Source: a virus
Length of the DNA stretch: 64,000 nucleotides
Direction: 5' to 3' (one strand)
IMG/VR virus record: IMGVR_UViG_3300048091_000425
Shown: positions 46,285 through 55,259 of the stretch, piece after piece
Layout: each line of letters opens with the position of its first letter
How positions within the stretch are numbered: the first letter of the stretch is position 1
Made by a program: the position numbers and the translations under genes
The notes under the pieces: generated by a model
The model's input: the letters and a program-made list of their open reading frames with translations, nothing else
What the model was told of the DNA's origin: nothing
The model's database searches: none

Positions 46285-46552
46285 GTTCACCACCGTGCAG
46301 GTGGTTTTGAAAATCATCAGCATCGACTTGTGGTCGAAGACCGTGTTCACCACCGTGCAGGTGGTTTTGAAAAAAGTGAGAGCTTGAAATAGACCTCTTG
46401 ATCTGTTTACCACCATCTAGGTGGTTTTGAAATCGCCGGTAGCAGGATGCTGGGGTATGAAGCGGTTTACCACCCTACAGGTGGTTTTGAAAAGCTACGG
46501 TGGTGATGGTACACGCCCTCCCATGTTCTCCACCTAACAGGTGGTTGGTAAT
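46285..46552 (+). CRISPR. CRISPR array, 5 repeats of 28 nt and 4 spacers of 32 nt, type I-F-like, no cas genes in the window
   Basis: Repeats start at 46285, 46345, 46405, 46465, 46525 (period 60); consensus GTTCACCACCGTGCAGGTGGTTTTGAAA; terminal repeat degenerate. Confidence 0.93.
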
Positions 46553-46616
46553 ACAGAGGCTCTGTCCGACCTCGCCTTTCTGGTCTACCGTTAGGCGAAC
46601 GAGGAGGAGCCAAAAC

Positions 46617-46832
46617 ATGAAGACTTTCAGCATAAGCCAAGCAAAGAGACGGTTAACCAGGCTCGCGAAACTGGCCGCGACTGGCGAAGTGGTGATCATC
46701 ACAAAAGGCGGCAAGCCAGTCGCTCAACTGGTGTCGCTGCACTACGGCGAAGACCACATAGGGAAACTCACGCACCTAGCAGAAGTGGACTATCAGGTCA
46801 AAGATGTCCACTGGGCCGGCGACAAGACCTGA
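46617..46832 (+). CDS. Phd/YefM-family antitoxin, no toxin partner
   Basis: MKTFSISQAKRRLTRL...GEVVIITKGGKPVAQLV; GAGGAGG RBS. Confidence 0.85.
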   Translation: MKTFSISQAKRRLTRLAKLAATGEVVIITKGGKPVAQLVSLHYGEDHIGKLTHLAEVDYQVKDVHWAGDKT

Positions 46833-46842
46833 CGGGAAGTGT

Positions 46843-47298
46843 CTACACCAGACCGACGGCCTGCCCCTGCGCCGCCAGCGCATTCATCATCCAGGCACTC
46901 TCCGCGTTTCGCTTCGTTTTGTACGCAACCACATCCACCAGGCGCAGCCGGCGATGTTTACCGACCTTGGTAAACGGAATGACGCCCCGCTCTACCAGCC
47001 TGATCAGGTAAGGCCTGGACACGTTTAGCAGGTCAGCCGCTTCCTGTGTGGTCAGTTCGGCCTGTACCGGCACAACTTGAGCACCGTTACCCTTCGCAAT
47101 CTCCTCCAGCGCATGCTGAAGCAGCCAGAGCGCAATAGCCGGTACCTCGACCTCTCTTTCAACGTTTTCATCCAACAGGCGTATCCGGTGAGTGACTGCG
47201 CCCGTATCAAGCAGGTCACGCAGGGGTGGCAATGCCTTTTCAGCGGTTGCACGCTCGAAAGCGCCGGGGATTGTGTAAAGGGTTGGCATGGCAAGCAC
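46843..47298 (-). CDS. excisionase-family HTH protein (antitoxin type normally paired with a PIN toxin)
   Basis: ELTTQEAADLLNVSRPYLIRLVERGVIPFTKVGKHRR. Confidence 0.85.
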   Translation of the reverse strand: MLAMPTLYTIPGAFERATAEKALPPLRDLLDTGAVTHRIRLLDENVEREVEVPAIALWLLQHALEEIAKGNGAQVVPVQAELTTQEAADLLNVSRPYLIRLVERGVIPFTKVGKHRRLRLVDVVAYKTKRNAESAWMMNALAAQGQAVGLV

Positions 47299-47486
47299 CG
47301 CATTGGTAGGAAGATGAACTAGATCTTAATCGAATTATTCGAATTGAACAGCGGAATTCATAGTGAATATATTGCCGAGACGTCGTTTGGGGTGGTAATT
47401 TGCCACTAGGCTCTCCGCGCCACAGTTTATGGCCTGGATTGGCACCAAATCGCCGCCCTAGCCGCGCAAAGAAAAGGAAATCCAAG

Positions 47487-47681
47487 ATGGATCAGACACG
47501 CAAGATCGAACAAATCACCGCGATCAACCAAAAGGTGGCAGAAACCAAGGATCATCAGTTGGTGGTCATTGCCCGGTGCAACGACAACACGGTCTGGATG
47601 ACTCGTCCGGATGCCTACAATCCATACTGGAGCCAGTTGCCGGACATCCCTCAGCCTGATGTGAAGGGAGATCCGCAATGA
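47487..47681 (+). CDS. hypothetical protein
   Basis: 64 aa, coupled to the next gene. Confidence 0.55.
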   Translation: MDQTRKIEQITAINQKVAETKDHQLVVIARCNDNTVWMTRPDAYNPYWSQLPDIPQPDVKGDPQ

Positions 47682-48079
47682 ACACGCTGGCGAAGATCTG
47701 GAAGCCCTCCCAGGCGCAATGCAAGGTCATCAAGGCTGCCGCCGCTCTAGAGTCGGGCATCAAGGCTGATCAGATCAAGCTGCAACCTGGCGTGCGCCTG
47801 AACATGCAAGATCACACCGTCGAGTCGAGCATCAACATCGCTCGCGTCACTCGCAGCACTGACGGCACCTGGGAAGACACGGATCTCGAAGATCGGGTTG
47901 AGTGGCTCAGCTTCAAGAAAGGCGTCCCGCTCACCGACGATGGCCGGGCTATTGTGGACTTCTACATCCATCGTTACGGCATCCGCGACGATCTGGAAGG
48001 CAACGTGGTGGTGTTCTTCGAGAACGGCCAGCTGAGCCGAATCCGTGGCTACGGCGTCAAAGACCACGCGGTCAAATAA
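47678..48079 (+). CDS. hypothetical protein
   Basis: 133 aa. Confidence 0.65.
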   Translation: MNTLAKIWKPSQAQCKVIKAAAALESGIKADQIKLQPGVRLNMQDHTVESSINIARVTRSTDGTWEDTDLEDRVEWLSFKKGVPLTDDGRAIVDFYIHRYGIRDDLEGNVVVFFENGQLSRIRGYGVKDHAVK

Positions 48080-48135
48080 CCAACCTGCGTAGAAATGCTG
48101 ACGGCAGCCGCTCCCGGTGAATCTGGTGTAGAATC

Positions 48136-48474
48136 ATGGCGATTCACTACCTTCTGCACCCAGGGCTGCCAATGCACACCGACGACAAAGAACAATTGAA
48201 CCGCCAGCTGACCAGCTTGAGAGTAGCGGCTTCGCTGATACAAGGCTGGGTCACCAAAAGTGATGACCCCCATCCTGAGAAAAGCTATGCCCGCATGCTG
48301 GCCCAGCTCAATGCCGAGCTAGAAAATACCCAAAGTATCGTGCAGGAACACCGGGAAAATCTGCTCTTATCCATTGCAAATCGGCATAATCAATCCGATG
48401 CAGCGTTCAAGACTGCGGCGGTGTTCTCGATCAGCGATGCGAAGAATCGCCGGGCAGCTAAGGCCGCTGAGTAG
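48136..48474 (+). CDS. helical hypothetical protein
   Basis: 112 aa. Confidence 0.55.
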   Translation: MAIHYLLHPGLPMHTDDKEQLNRQLTSLRVAASLIQGWVTKSDDPHPEKSYARMLAQLNAELENTQSIVQEHRENLLLSIANRHNQSDAAFKTAAVFSISDAKNRRAAKAAE

Positions 48475-48652
48475 CACGATCCAGCTAGGCCCAGGCGCCG
48501 AAAACCCCATATAAAACCCCCGGATCTTTCGAAACGGGGGGTGCACACTACTGCACTTCGCCTGTGTTTTTGACGCACATTCGAGTAAGCCAATCGGCCT
48601 ACGAGATGTCATTCTAGATCAGGCCTTCCAGGCAGCAACGACTGTCCGTCCG

Positions 48653-49231
48653 TTAAATGCCATCTCGCACTGCTTTCGGCCTGATACGGTAGTGTTCCAG
48701 GACACCCTTCGCCGGCAATGTCAGGAAGTTGATCACGTGCGAACCATCCTTGCGAAAATCCTTCCGGAAATCTGCGGCACCGATCATGCGTAAGCGCCGC
48801 ATCTTGCGGTTGATGGTTTCCGGGGTGCTGGCGGTCAGCTCGGCAAGCTCTGCGTCGGTCATGTCTTTGGCCAGTAGGAGCTTCAGCAGATCGCGATGCT
48901 TGCGCTCCAGCAGGGTCGGTTCAAAGTTATCGTCAACACGCTTGCTGCAAATGGAGCTGATCAAACTCTGCGCCAGCGACAACTGACCCAGTACATACGC
49001 CTGGCGCAGCTCCGTGGAAACTGGCTGGTGTTGGACAATCGCCGCACGGACTTCAGGGGAGACTGCTCTCAACTGCGCAATGAACGTTTCCTGCAGAAAA
49101 TCGGAGAACTGGCCCAGCTCAGCCTTCGTCCCGCCGAAACAGTCCTCGATCATGTCTGAGAGAATGGCGAAATAGCTCGACTCCAACTGCTCAAGCGGCT
49201 TGTCGATGCGCAAAAAATCAAAGATATCCAT
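48653..49231 (-). CDS. winged-helix transcriptional regulator (ArsR/MarR-like C-terminal domain)
   Basis: LLKLL...MTDAELAELT..TPETINRKMRRLR..G. Confidence 0.65.
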   Translation of the reverse strand: MDIFDFLRIDKPLEQLESSYFAILSDMIEDCFGGTKAELGQFSDFLQETFIAQLRAVSPEVRAAIVQHQPVSTELRQAYVLGQLSLAQSLISSICSKRVDDNFEPTLLERKHRDLLKLLLAKDMTDAELAELTASTPETINRKMRRLRMIGAADFRKDFRKDGSHVINFLTLPAKGVLEHYRIRPKAVRDGI

Positions 49232-49284
49232 CTGCGTTCCCTACGGCTGATTTTGGTCAACATTAACGCCTGGCTATGCAAGGC

Positions 49285-49716
49285 TCAAGGGAATGGCTGT
49301 ACATAGCTAGAACCTGGTTTGGCATCTGCAGGCTTACGCATTTTTTTCAACCGAACAAGTTCGTCCAGTTCCTTTTGACTTGGAGAAGCGGCCTTGCAAG
49401 AAAGGGATGACAATTCAGGCGCACAGAAGGCTATCGCAGTGTTTATCGTCGGCGTCGACCATACCATATCGCATTGATGGCCCTGATAGGTCGTCATCAC
49501 CTTGGAGGTCAGCTCGGTGTCGTTTTCGAGTTTACTGACGCTTAGGACGTCAACGGTGATCAGATTTGTATCAATCGAGTACAATTTCCCCATGATGTCG
49601 CTGGCTGATTCCACCACGCCTGAGCATGGCAGCGGCGGAAGAAAGTGCTCATTCTCCTCAGCCATGGCTGGAAACGCGCAGAGCATCGAGCAAAACAGCA
49701 ATACTTGCTTATTCAT
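49285..49716 (-). CDS. secreted protein, paralog of 49709-50125
   Basis: Signal peptide MNKQVLL...PAMA; conserved Cys residues. Confidence 0.65.
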   Translation of the reverse strand: MNKQVLLFCSMLCAFPAMAEENEHFLPPLPCSGVVESASDIMGKLYSIDTNLITVDVLSVSKLENDTELTSKVMTTYQGHQCDMVWSTPTINTAIAFCAPELSSLSCKAASPSQKELDELVRLKKMRKPADAKPGSSYVQPFP

Positions 49717-50125
49717 GTACCTGGTCTGCCTTTTTGAATTCGAGTGACGGTAGAGGCCTGATCGCAGCTTCAAGGCGCTTCAGATGCGCCCGCAACTCCT
49801 GCCGCTCTTTGAGTGATGTGCAGTAGATGGATCTGAGCTGGCTCATGCAGCCCGACGGAGGCGTCAACCATTCGATAATACAATTCTGATCTTTAAAGCT
49901 GGTTTCGACGACGCTGAGCACGTCAGGGAGATTTTCCGGTTTGCTTAGCCGCTGAATTTCAACGCGCACGGCGTTCTGAGGTATCGAGTAAAACGTAGCC
50001 ATTGTCGATGCCGACAAATCCGTAACAGACTGGCAGGCCTGGGTCTGCTCCCCTTCTGGATGCTTGGCCGCCAGCGCCGGCAACACTACGAGCATCGAGC
50101 TCAACAGCAATACACGCTTAATCAT
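49709..50125 (-). CDS. secreted protein, paralog of 49285-49716
   Basis: Signal peptide MIKRVLL...PALA; conserved Cys residues. Confidence 0.65.
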   Translation of the reverse strand: MIKRVLLLSSMLVVLPALAAKHPEGEQTQACQSVTDLSASTMATFYSIPQNAVRVEIQRLSKPENLPDVLSVVETSFKDQNCIIEWLTPPSGCMSQLRSIYCTSLKERQELRAHLKRLEAAIRPLPSLEFKKADQVHE

Positions 50126-50163
50126 TCCATTTCCTATCTTTAGTATGTGGTCGAAGGCACCCA

Positions 50164-50367
50164 TCAAATGAACAAAAACCCACTGATGATGCCGTCGTTG
50201 TTGACCCGAATGTTCAGGCGATCCGACCTGTAATCTTCCGTCGCTAAGACAAGTCCGCAGTAGCGCACGGTGCGACCCGTTTGCTCGGCGATGTCCATAC
50301 GAAGGCACTCGGAATACGCTTTGCCGACCAGGTGCCCGAAGTCATCCAGTATTTCTTGATTTGTCAT
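50164..50367 (-). CDS. peptidase inhibitor I78-like protein
   Basis: LVGK...VR...TEDYRSDRLNIRV...G.I. Confidence 0.65.
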   Translation of the reverse strand: MTNQEILDDFGHLVGKAYSECLRMDIAEQTGRTVRYCGLVLATEDYRSDRLNIRVNNDGIISGFLFI

Positions 50368-50433
50368 GCAGATTCCGCAGGAATGAGGCCTACAGTACAT
50401 ACCCGCAACCGCTAATGCAGACTCGGGCAATTC

Positions 50434-50757
50434 ATGGCCAACGATGATACCATTACGGCACCACCAGAGGATGTTAAAACCATGGATGCAGCGCACAAAG
50501 AAATGCTCACGGATTCAATCGTCGACAAAATCATGTTGCTGGAAAGAACCGCTGAAAGTCTGAAAACGCGGGTCTCCGGCCAGGCACTATCGGATGATGA
50601 GCAAAAGCTGGCGGACGCCGAAATGGGAGCCCTGCGCGGCTTCGTTGGAGAAGTCTCCAAGTTATCGGCGCTCAAGGAGTTCGACGCCGCTCAAATTTCG
50701 GCTGTCTATGAGCGCTTGGAAGCAGTGGTCGAGCGGGCCGATTCGTTCATGGCCTGA
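50434..50757 (+). CDS. helical hypothetical protein
   Basis: 107 aa. Confidence 0.55.
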   Translation: MANDDTITAPPEDVKTMDAAHKEMLTDSIVDKIMLLERTAESLKTRVSGQALSDDEQKLADAEMGALRGFVGEVSKLSALKEFDAAQISAVYERLEAVVERADSFMA

Positions 50758-50811
50758 AAAGAAAAAATCGCCACCTATGTGACGATTCTTTTGCTGGGGC
50801 GGTGTTCCGGC

Positions 50812-51300
50812 TCAGCCTCTACTCGGCAAACCATCAAACTCAGCCACGATGGTGCGGGATCTCTCCGACAGAGGGCCGGCTGGATAAAGCCCCTTCGCGA
50901 TGGACTGGGCCTTGAACAGACTGGCCAGTGACGCGTCCCCGGTAATGCTGGCAACCAGGGCCTCTGGCGTTTCGAACAGGGCTGAAGGCTTGTAGTTCTT
51001 GAGCCCGCCGTGTTGCGCCATCACCCGGTCAATGACCCTGGTGTGAACACTGATCGTGTCCTTCATGCTCTGGGACGAATCGATCAGTGCCTGCACAGAA
51101 CCCTTACCGTTGCTCATGATCGTGCCAAAGCTGTCAGCTGGCGCGTGTGCGTGCTCTGCGACATTGAATTGCACCACATCCACCACGAATGCCTGATCAC
51201 GGTAGGCAGCCGGAGTGTCCTCCATAACTGGGGAGTTCAGATTGCCAGGCGTGCGCTCGGCCAGATTGATCTCAATCGGCTCGTCAAATACTAGGCTCAT
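50812..51300 (-). CDS. hypothetical protein
   Basis: 162 aa, AGGA RBS. Confidence 0.6.
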   Translation of the reverse strand: MSLVFDEPIEINLAERTPGNLNSPVMEDTPAAYRDQAFVVDVVQFNVAEHAHAPADSFGTIMSNGKGSVQALIDSSQSMKDTISVHTRVIDRVMAQHGGLKNYKPSALFETPEALVASITGDASLASLFKAQSIAKGLYPAGPLSERSRTIVAEFDGLPSRG

Positions 51301-51471
51301 TGTCCAGTGTCCTTGTCTTTTATTGTTCTTTTAATGCCTATATTGACACTAGCATTGGCCCGCCATCACAAACAAGATCAGGTGGTTTCCCCCGCGACAC
51401 ACGTCACAGACAGCTACCGAATTCGTGATGTAGAATGATGGTAATTCACCAGCCATGGGTCAGGACAACCG

Positions 51472-51870
51472 ATGAACCTCGCCGACCAGGAAGAACTGCA
51501 GCGCCAATTGTCCGCCCTGAAAACGGCAGCGACCAGTCTGGAGCTGTACCTTGAGAAACCGGATGAGGAATACAGCGAGGAAAGCTATGACGCGCTGCTG
51601 GCTGGGCTTATTGGCGTTGCGGCAGACTCCCTGCACCTGGCGACCAAACACCGGGAGGGCTTGAACATCGCCGTCGCACGCCGTGCCCTTCAGCATCAAA
51701 AGGTGATGGAGGCTGGCGCTGCAGCCCTGGAACAGGAAGCGGAGAAGCTTCGCAATCGCGGTAACCATGTCGGCGCTGAGATTTCGATCAACAGCGCCAG
51801 GCTTGTCCGGGAGAAGATCCAAGAACTGACGGTTAACGAGCGGCGGGCCAGCCTGAAGCTGGTCAGGTAG
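51472..51870 (+). CDS. coiled-coil hypothetical protein
   Basis: 132 aa. Confidence 0.6.
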   Translation: MNLADQEELQRQLSALKTAATSLELYLEKPDEEYSEESYDALLAGLIGVAADSLHLATKHREGLNIAVARRALQHQKVMEAGAAALEQEAEKLRNRGNHVGAEISINSARLVREKIQELTVNERRASLKLVR

Positions 51871-51881
51871 CCCGCAGCGCA

Positions 51882-52577
51882 TCATTCCATCAACAGCGGA
51901 CGTAGCACCATCAGCGTGAGGGTGTTCCCGACAGGTTGGCCAGAAGGTGCGATCTCCGGCCAGGCCGTTGCGATGCCTTCCCCGCCGCTGATCACCACCA
52001 GGTGCTTCACGTAGGGATTACTTTCGACCTGTCGAGCTTCCTCAACAGTCCAGCAACTGCTCATCCGCTGCTGCCAATCGCGCATTGCGAAGTTCGAATC
52101 GAACGACACCCAAGATTGCGGGGGATTTCCCGGCAAGGTCTGGACTGAGGCCATTGGCGAAATGGGTTCAGCTTCATGCTTACTCGCATCACAGGTCTTC
52201 TTGACCATGTAACCGGTCGCACCCTGCCCTATTGGCACATCTTGCCCAAACTCTGCGTAGCCAATGGAACTGGTAATAAAGGTCAGTTCACCCTGCTTGC
52301 GCAGGCCATCCATGAGATCTTCGGCCTTCAATGTTTTCGGCAGGATCACTGTCCCAGGCCCTTCAGTGCTCGTTACAGCTCCGATCTTGCTCCAGTCGAT
52401 CACACCTGGGCCATCCGGCATTTTAAAGCTATAGAGGGTCGAGACCAGGCCCACCGAGCGATACAGCACAACACCGGATGACGAAGATTCGCTTAAGGTA
52501 AATGAGGCTTGGCACCCGGCCAGCGTGGTCAGTGCAAAGGCCGCACAGAGCGCAGCGGTCAGTTTCTTGATCTTCAT
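51882..52577 (-). CDS. mini-secretin-like lipoprotein 4 (most diverged)
   Basis: Lipobox LAGC; IDWSK; C-terminal LTLMVLRPLL. Confidence 0.5.
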   Translation of the reverse strand: MKIKKLTAALCAAFALTTLAGCQASFTLSESSSSGVVLYRSVGLVSTLYSFKMPDGPGVIDWSKIGAVTSTEGPGTVILPKTLKAEDLMDGLRKQGELTFITSSIGYAEFGQDVPIGQGATGYMVKKTCDASKHEAEPISPMASVQTLPGNPPQSWVSFDSNFAMRDWQQRMSSCWTVEEARQVESNPYVKHLVVISGGEGIATAWPEIAPSGQPVGNTLTLMVLRPLLME

Positions 52578-52654
52578 GAGTGCTTCCGTACGGGTTGAGG
52601 GGTTGAAGCCAGCGATGCAGCCGCTGGCAAGCCTACCTTCGGTAGAAAGGTCGA

Positions 52655-53491
52655 TTAATCGGCTGGAACGATCTGGATCAAGACCACAGTCACTTCGTTC
52701 GATTTGGCATCTTCCGCGTAACGCGAGCTTGAGTTAATCGATTTCAGGTGGAAGCCAGAGACCGCCAATGTCTGTCCTTGCTCAAGCACCGTCATAGCGG
52801 CATGACGATTAACCGGGAGCTCTTCATCGGTCACGGTTTGGACAGTGGTCACTGCCGGGCGACGGTACTCCGACAACTCATCCGCGTCACCGTAACCAGT
52901 ACGTGGCACCTCATGCTCCTGGCAGATCACCCTATGAACCTTGCCGGAAAACTCGATGTTGTAACTGACGATAACCTTTTCCTGTCTACCCGCTGTCGGA
53001 GTTACTTTCACTCGCTCCCGCATTTGAATAAAACCAGGCTCAACCTGAACACCTAAGCATTCCTTAGCAGTTATGGCCGTAACGGTGTCCTTATCAAACG
53101 GCATCGGACTACCGTTCCCGCCTACGAGCACATCGCTCTCCGTCGCTTTTTCCACTTTGCCTTGTTTAGAAAGGGCATCTTCGAAGGCGGTAGTGCTCAG
53201 ATTGCTGCTGAGCAGTGCTTCGGTCAGGTCGCCTTCCTGATCACGCTTGTAGGTATTACGCAGCGTCAGCTCGACCCCATGGTCAATTTGTCGTGCATCT
53301 TCCCGGAACCGGCTCCAGTCCACATCGGTGGCTCGGGAATCGTTGAGTGTCACTTTGAAGGTCAACACCCTGGTGTTGTAGGTCGCCGTGTAGTGTTCCT
53401 GCTTGGTATGAATTATGGCATACGCATTACTGGCGGCCAGTAACAGGGTCAGGGCGGCCAGCGCAGCTGCCGTCAATTTTCGGAAATTCAT
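52655..53491 (-). CDS. mini-secretin-like exported protein 3 (PilN/BfpB-type secretin domain only)
   Basis: Signal peptide; VTLND...DVDW, VKVTP, VLEQGQTLAVSGF, NEVTVVLIQI. Confidence 0.65.
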   Translation of the reverse strand: MNFRKLTAAALAALTLLLAASNAYAIIHTKQEHYTATYNTRVLTFKVTLNDSRATDVDWSRFREDARQIDHGVELTLRNTYKRDQEGDLTEALLSSNLSTTAFEDALSKQGKVEKATESDVLVGGNGSPMPFDKDTVTAITAKECLGVQVEPGFIQMRERVKVTPTAGRQEKVIVSYNIEFSGKVHRVICQEHEVPRTGYGDADELSEYRRPAVTTVQTVTDEELPVNRHAAMTVLEQGQTLAVSGFHLKSINSSSRYAEDAKSNEVTVVLIQIVPAD

Positions 53492-53516
53492 GATCTTTTC
53501 TCCTGGTGCACCACGG

Positions 53517-53550
53517 AAAAAGGCACGCGAGCCATAAAGCCCACCTGCCC
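53517..53550 (-). terminator. terminator after mini-secretin 2
   Basis: GC hairpin followed by a U-tract on the minus strand; related to 54392-54422. Confidence 0.5.
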
Positions 53551-53569
53551 TGCTTGCCCCAATGCGTGA

Positions 53570-54352
53570 TTACTGGCGGATGGTTGGCTTGATCACCACG
53601 ATCTTGATTTCGTTGTCAGCATTGTCCGCATAGCTCTGGGTCACCGGATCCATCACCTGCTCACGCAGCCCTGAAACGACCACGGAGTTCCCTTTAAGGA
53701 CTGTCGATGCCGACACGCGCTTCATACCGTGTGCACCCGGCAGGATGCTTCGAGTGTCCGTATCAGGGCAGCCTGGTATCAAAATCTCCGGGGTGAACTT
53801 GATCTCGTAGGTCAACAGAATGTTGTCCTCGCTACGAATCAATGGATTCAGTGTGATGGCTTGGGTTGACGAGAACTTGCCGGGCGCCAGCTCGTCCTGG
53901 TGACACAACGGCAACTTCAGAAAAGCTCGAGAGGCGGTGTAGCCCAACTTCATATCCAGGCCGTTTACGGTCGTGGCATGGGTGGACTCGGTTACAACCT
54001 TTCCCTGATGCTCTAACGCTTTACGGAAGATCTCCGGGGTAACTTCCGCACTCAGGTGGACTTCCTGGCTCTGGGCGTAGCTGCTCTTGAAATTCCCGCG
54101 CATCAGGATTTGAGCACCCGATGCTTGCGCCAGGATGTCATTTTCCAGGCGCTGCCAGTCAACGTCCGGGGCCTTGGAGTCTTTCAGCGTCACGCTGTAG
54201 ATGTCAAAATCGATATCCACGTTGGCCTGTGGGATGGCTGACTCAGCCACTGGAGGCTTGGTAGTGGCCGGCGAATGGAGCATCTGACACCCTGCCGAAA
54301 CTGCCAGGGCCAGGACAGCCAGAGCACTTGCTGCGAACTTGATAGCCTTCAT
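53570..54352 (-). CDS. mini-secretin-like lipoprotein 2
   Basis: Lipobox SAGC; VTLKD...DVDW, ITLNPLI, VVVSGL, NEIKIVVIKPTI. Confidence 0.65.
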   Translation of the reverse strand: MKAIKFAASALAVLALAVSAGCQMLHSPATTKPPVAESAIPQANVDIDFDIYSVTLKDSKAPDVDWQRLENDILAQASGAQILMRGNFKSSYAQSQEVHLSAEVTPEIFRKALEHQGKVVTESTHATTVNGLDMKLGYTASRAFLKLPLCHQDELAPGKFSSTQAITLNPLIRSEDNILLTYEIKFTPEILIPGCPDTDTRSILPGAHGMKRVSASTVLKGNSVVVSGLREQVMDPVTQSYADNADNEIKIVVIKPTIRQ

Positions 54353-54391
54353 GTGAATTCCGCTTGAATGAAATGGTTGGTCTAAGCCAAT

Positions 54392-54422
54392 AAAAGGCGG
54401 GCGAGCCTTTATGCTCGCCTTC
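54392..54422 (-). terminator. terminator after mini-secretin 1
   Basis: GGCGAGC-loop-GCTCGCC stem with a T-tract on the minus strand. Confidence 0.5.
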
Positions 54423-54439
54423 CTTCCTCGTCTAAATGA

Positions 54440-55216
54440 CTACTTCTTGCCGATGGTGGGCGTGACGACCACGATCTGTACTTCGTTGTCCGGGCCGTCG
54501 GCGTAGGTCTTAGTCTTTGGATCCTTGATCTGCATACGCAGGCCAGACACTGCCATGGACTCCCCTTGGGGGATGAGCGTTATAGACGTGCGTTCTGTGA
54601 TCTGGCTATCGGGGGCGGTAATGGCTAGCGGCAGGTCTTCGGCATTAGCCGGCGAGATTTCCAAGCCTGAGCTTATCGCGTAGTACATCCAAACGTCGCC
54701 AGTCCCGCGAATCACCGGCATAAACTTCATTGCTCTCGAAGACTTCGCGGTTCCCGGTGCTGCGGCCAAAATGCTGCAATGCGGAGGTACCATGCCTGAA
54801 GTGGTGGTTTCCCAGCCCGACGAAAGCGTGCTGTTAACCGCATGGATCTGGTGAGGGTCAGTCTCTTTTGCCAATTCACCTTGTCGGGCCAACGCTTTGC
54901 GCATGACCGCAGGGGTCACATCGGCGGTGAGGTGAATTTCCTGGCTCTGATTGAATTCGCCTTTGTAGAAATCGCGAATCGTCACGCCAGCAGCCGGAAC
55001 CTGGGCCAGGATGTCCTGTTTCAGACGATCCCAGTCAACATCCGTGGCCTTAGGGTCTTTCAGCTTCAGAAAGTACGAGGTGGCCTCAATGCTGACGTCG
55101 GTTGCAGTCACAGGCGCCAGATTTTCATGACGTGGCGCATGAAACACCTGACAACCTGAAGAGACAGCCAGGGCCAGGAGGGTCAGAGCACTTGCGGCGA
55201 ACTTGATTGCTTTCAT
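54440..55216 (-). CDS. mini-secretin-like lipoprotein 1
   Basis: MKAIKFAASAL...SSGC; DVDW, MKFMPVI, PQGESMAVSGL, NEVQIVVVTPTI. Confidence 0.65.
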   Translation of the reverse strand: MKAIKFAASALTLLALAVSSGCQVFHAPRHENLAPVTATDVSIEATSYFLKLKDPKATDVDWDRLKQDILAQVPAAGVTIRDFYKGEFNQSQEIHLTADVTPAVMRKALARQGELAKETDPHQIHAVNSTLSSGWETTTSGMVPPHCSILAAAPGTAKSSRAMKFMPVIRGTGDVWMYYAISSGLEISPANAEDLPLAITAPDSQITERTSITLIPQGESMAVSGLRMQIKDPKTKTYADGPDNEVQIVVVTPTIGKK

Positions 55217-55259
55217 GGGCATTTCCAGTGGTTTGAAAATCAGTGGGCGCTGAGGCGAA

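Noticed and set aside
44374-48474. Possible cas genes near the array
   Set aside because: No Cas1, Cas3 HD/helicase, Cas6f or Csy motifs were recognisable in any neighbouring ORF; very divergent Cas proteins cannot be excluded without HMMs.
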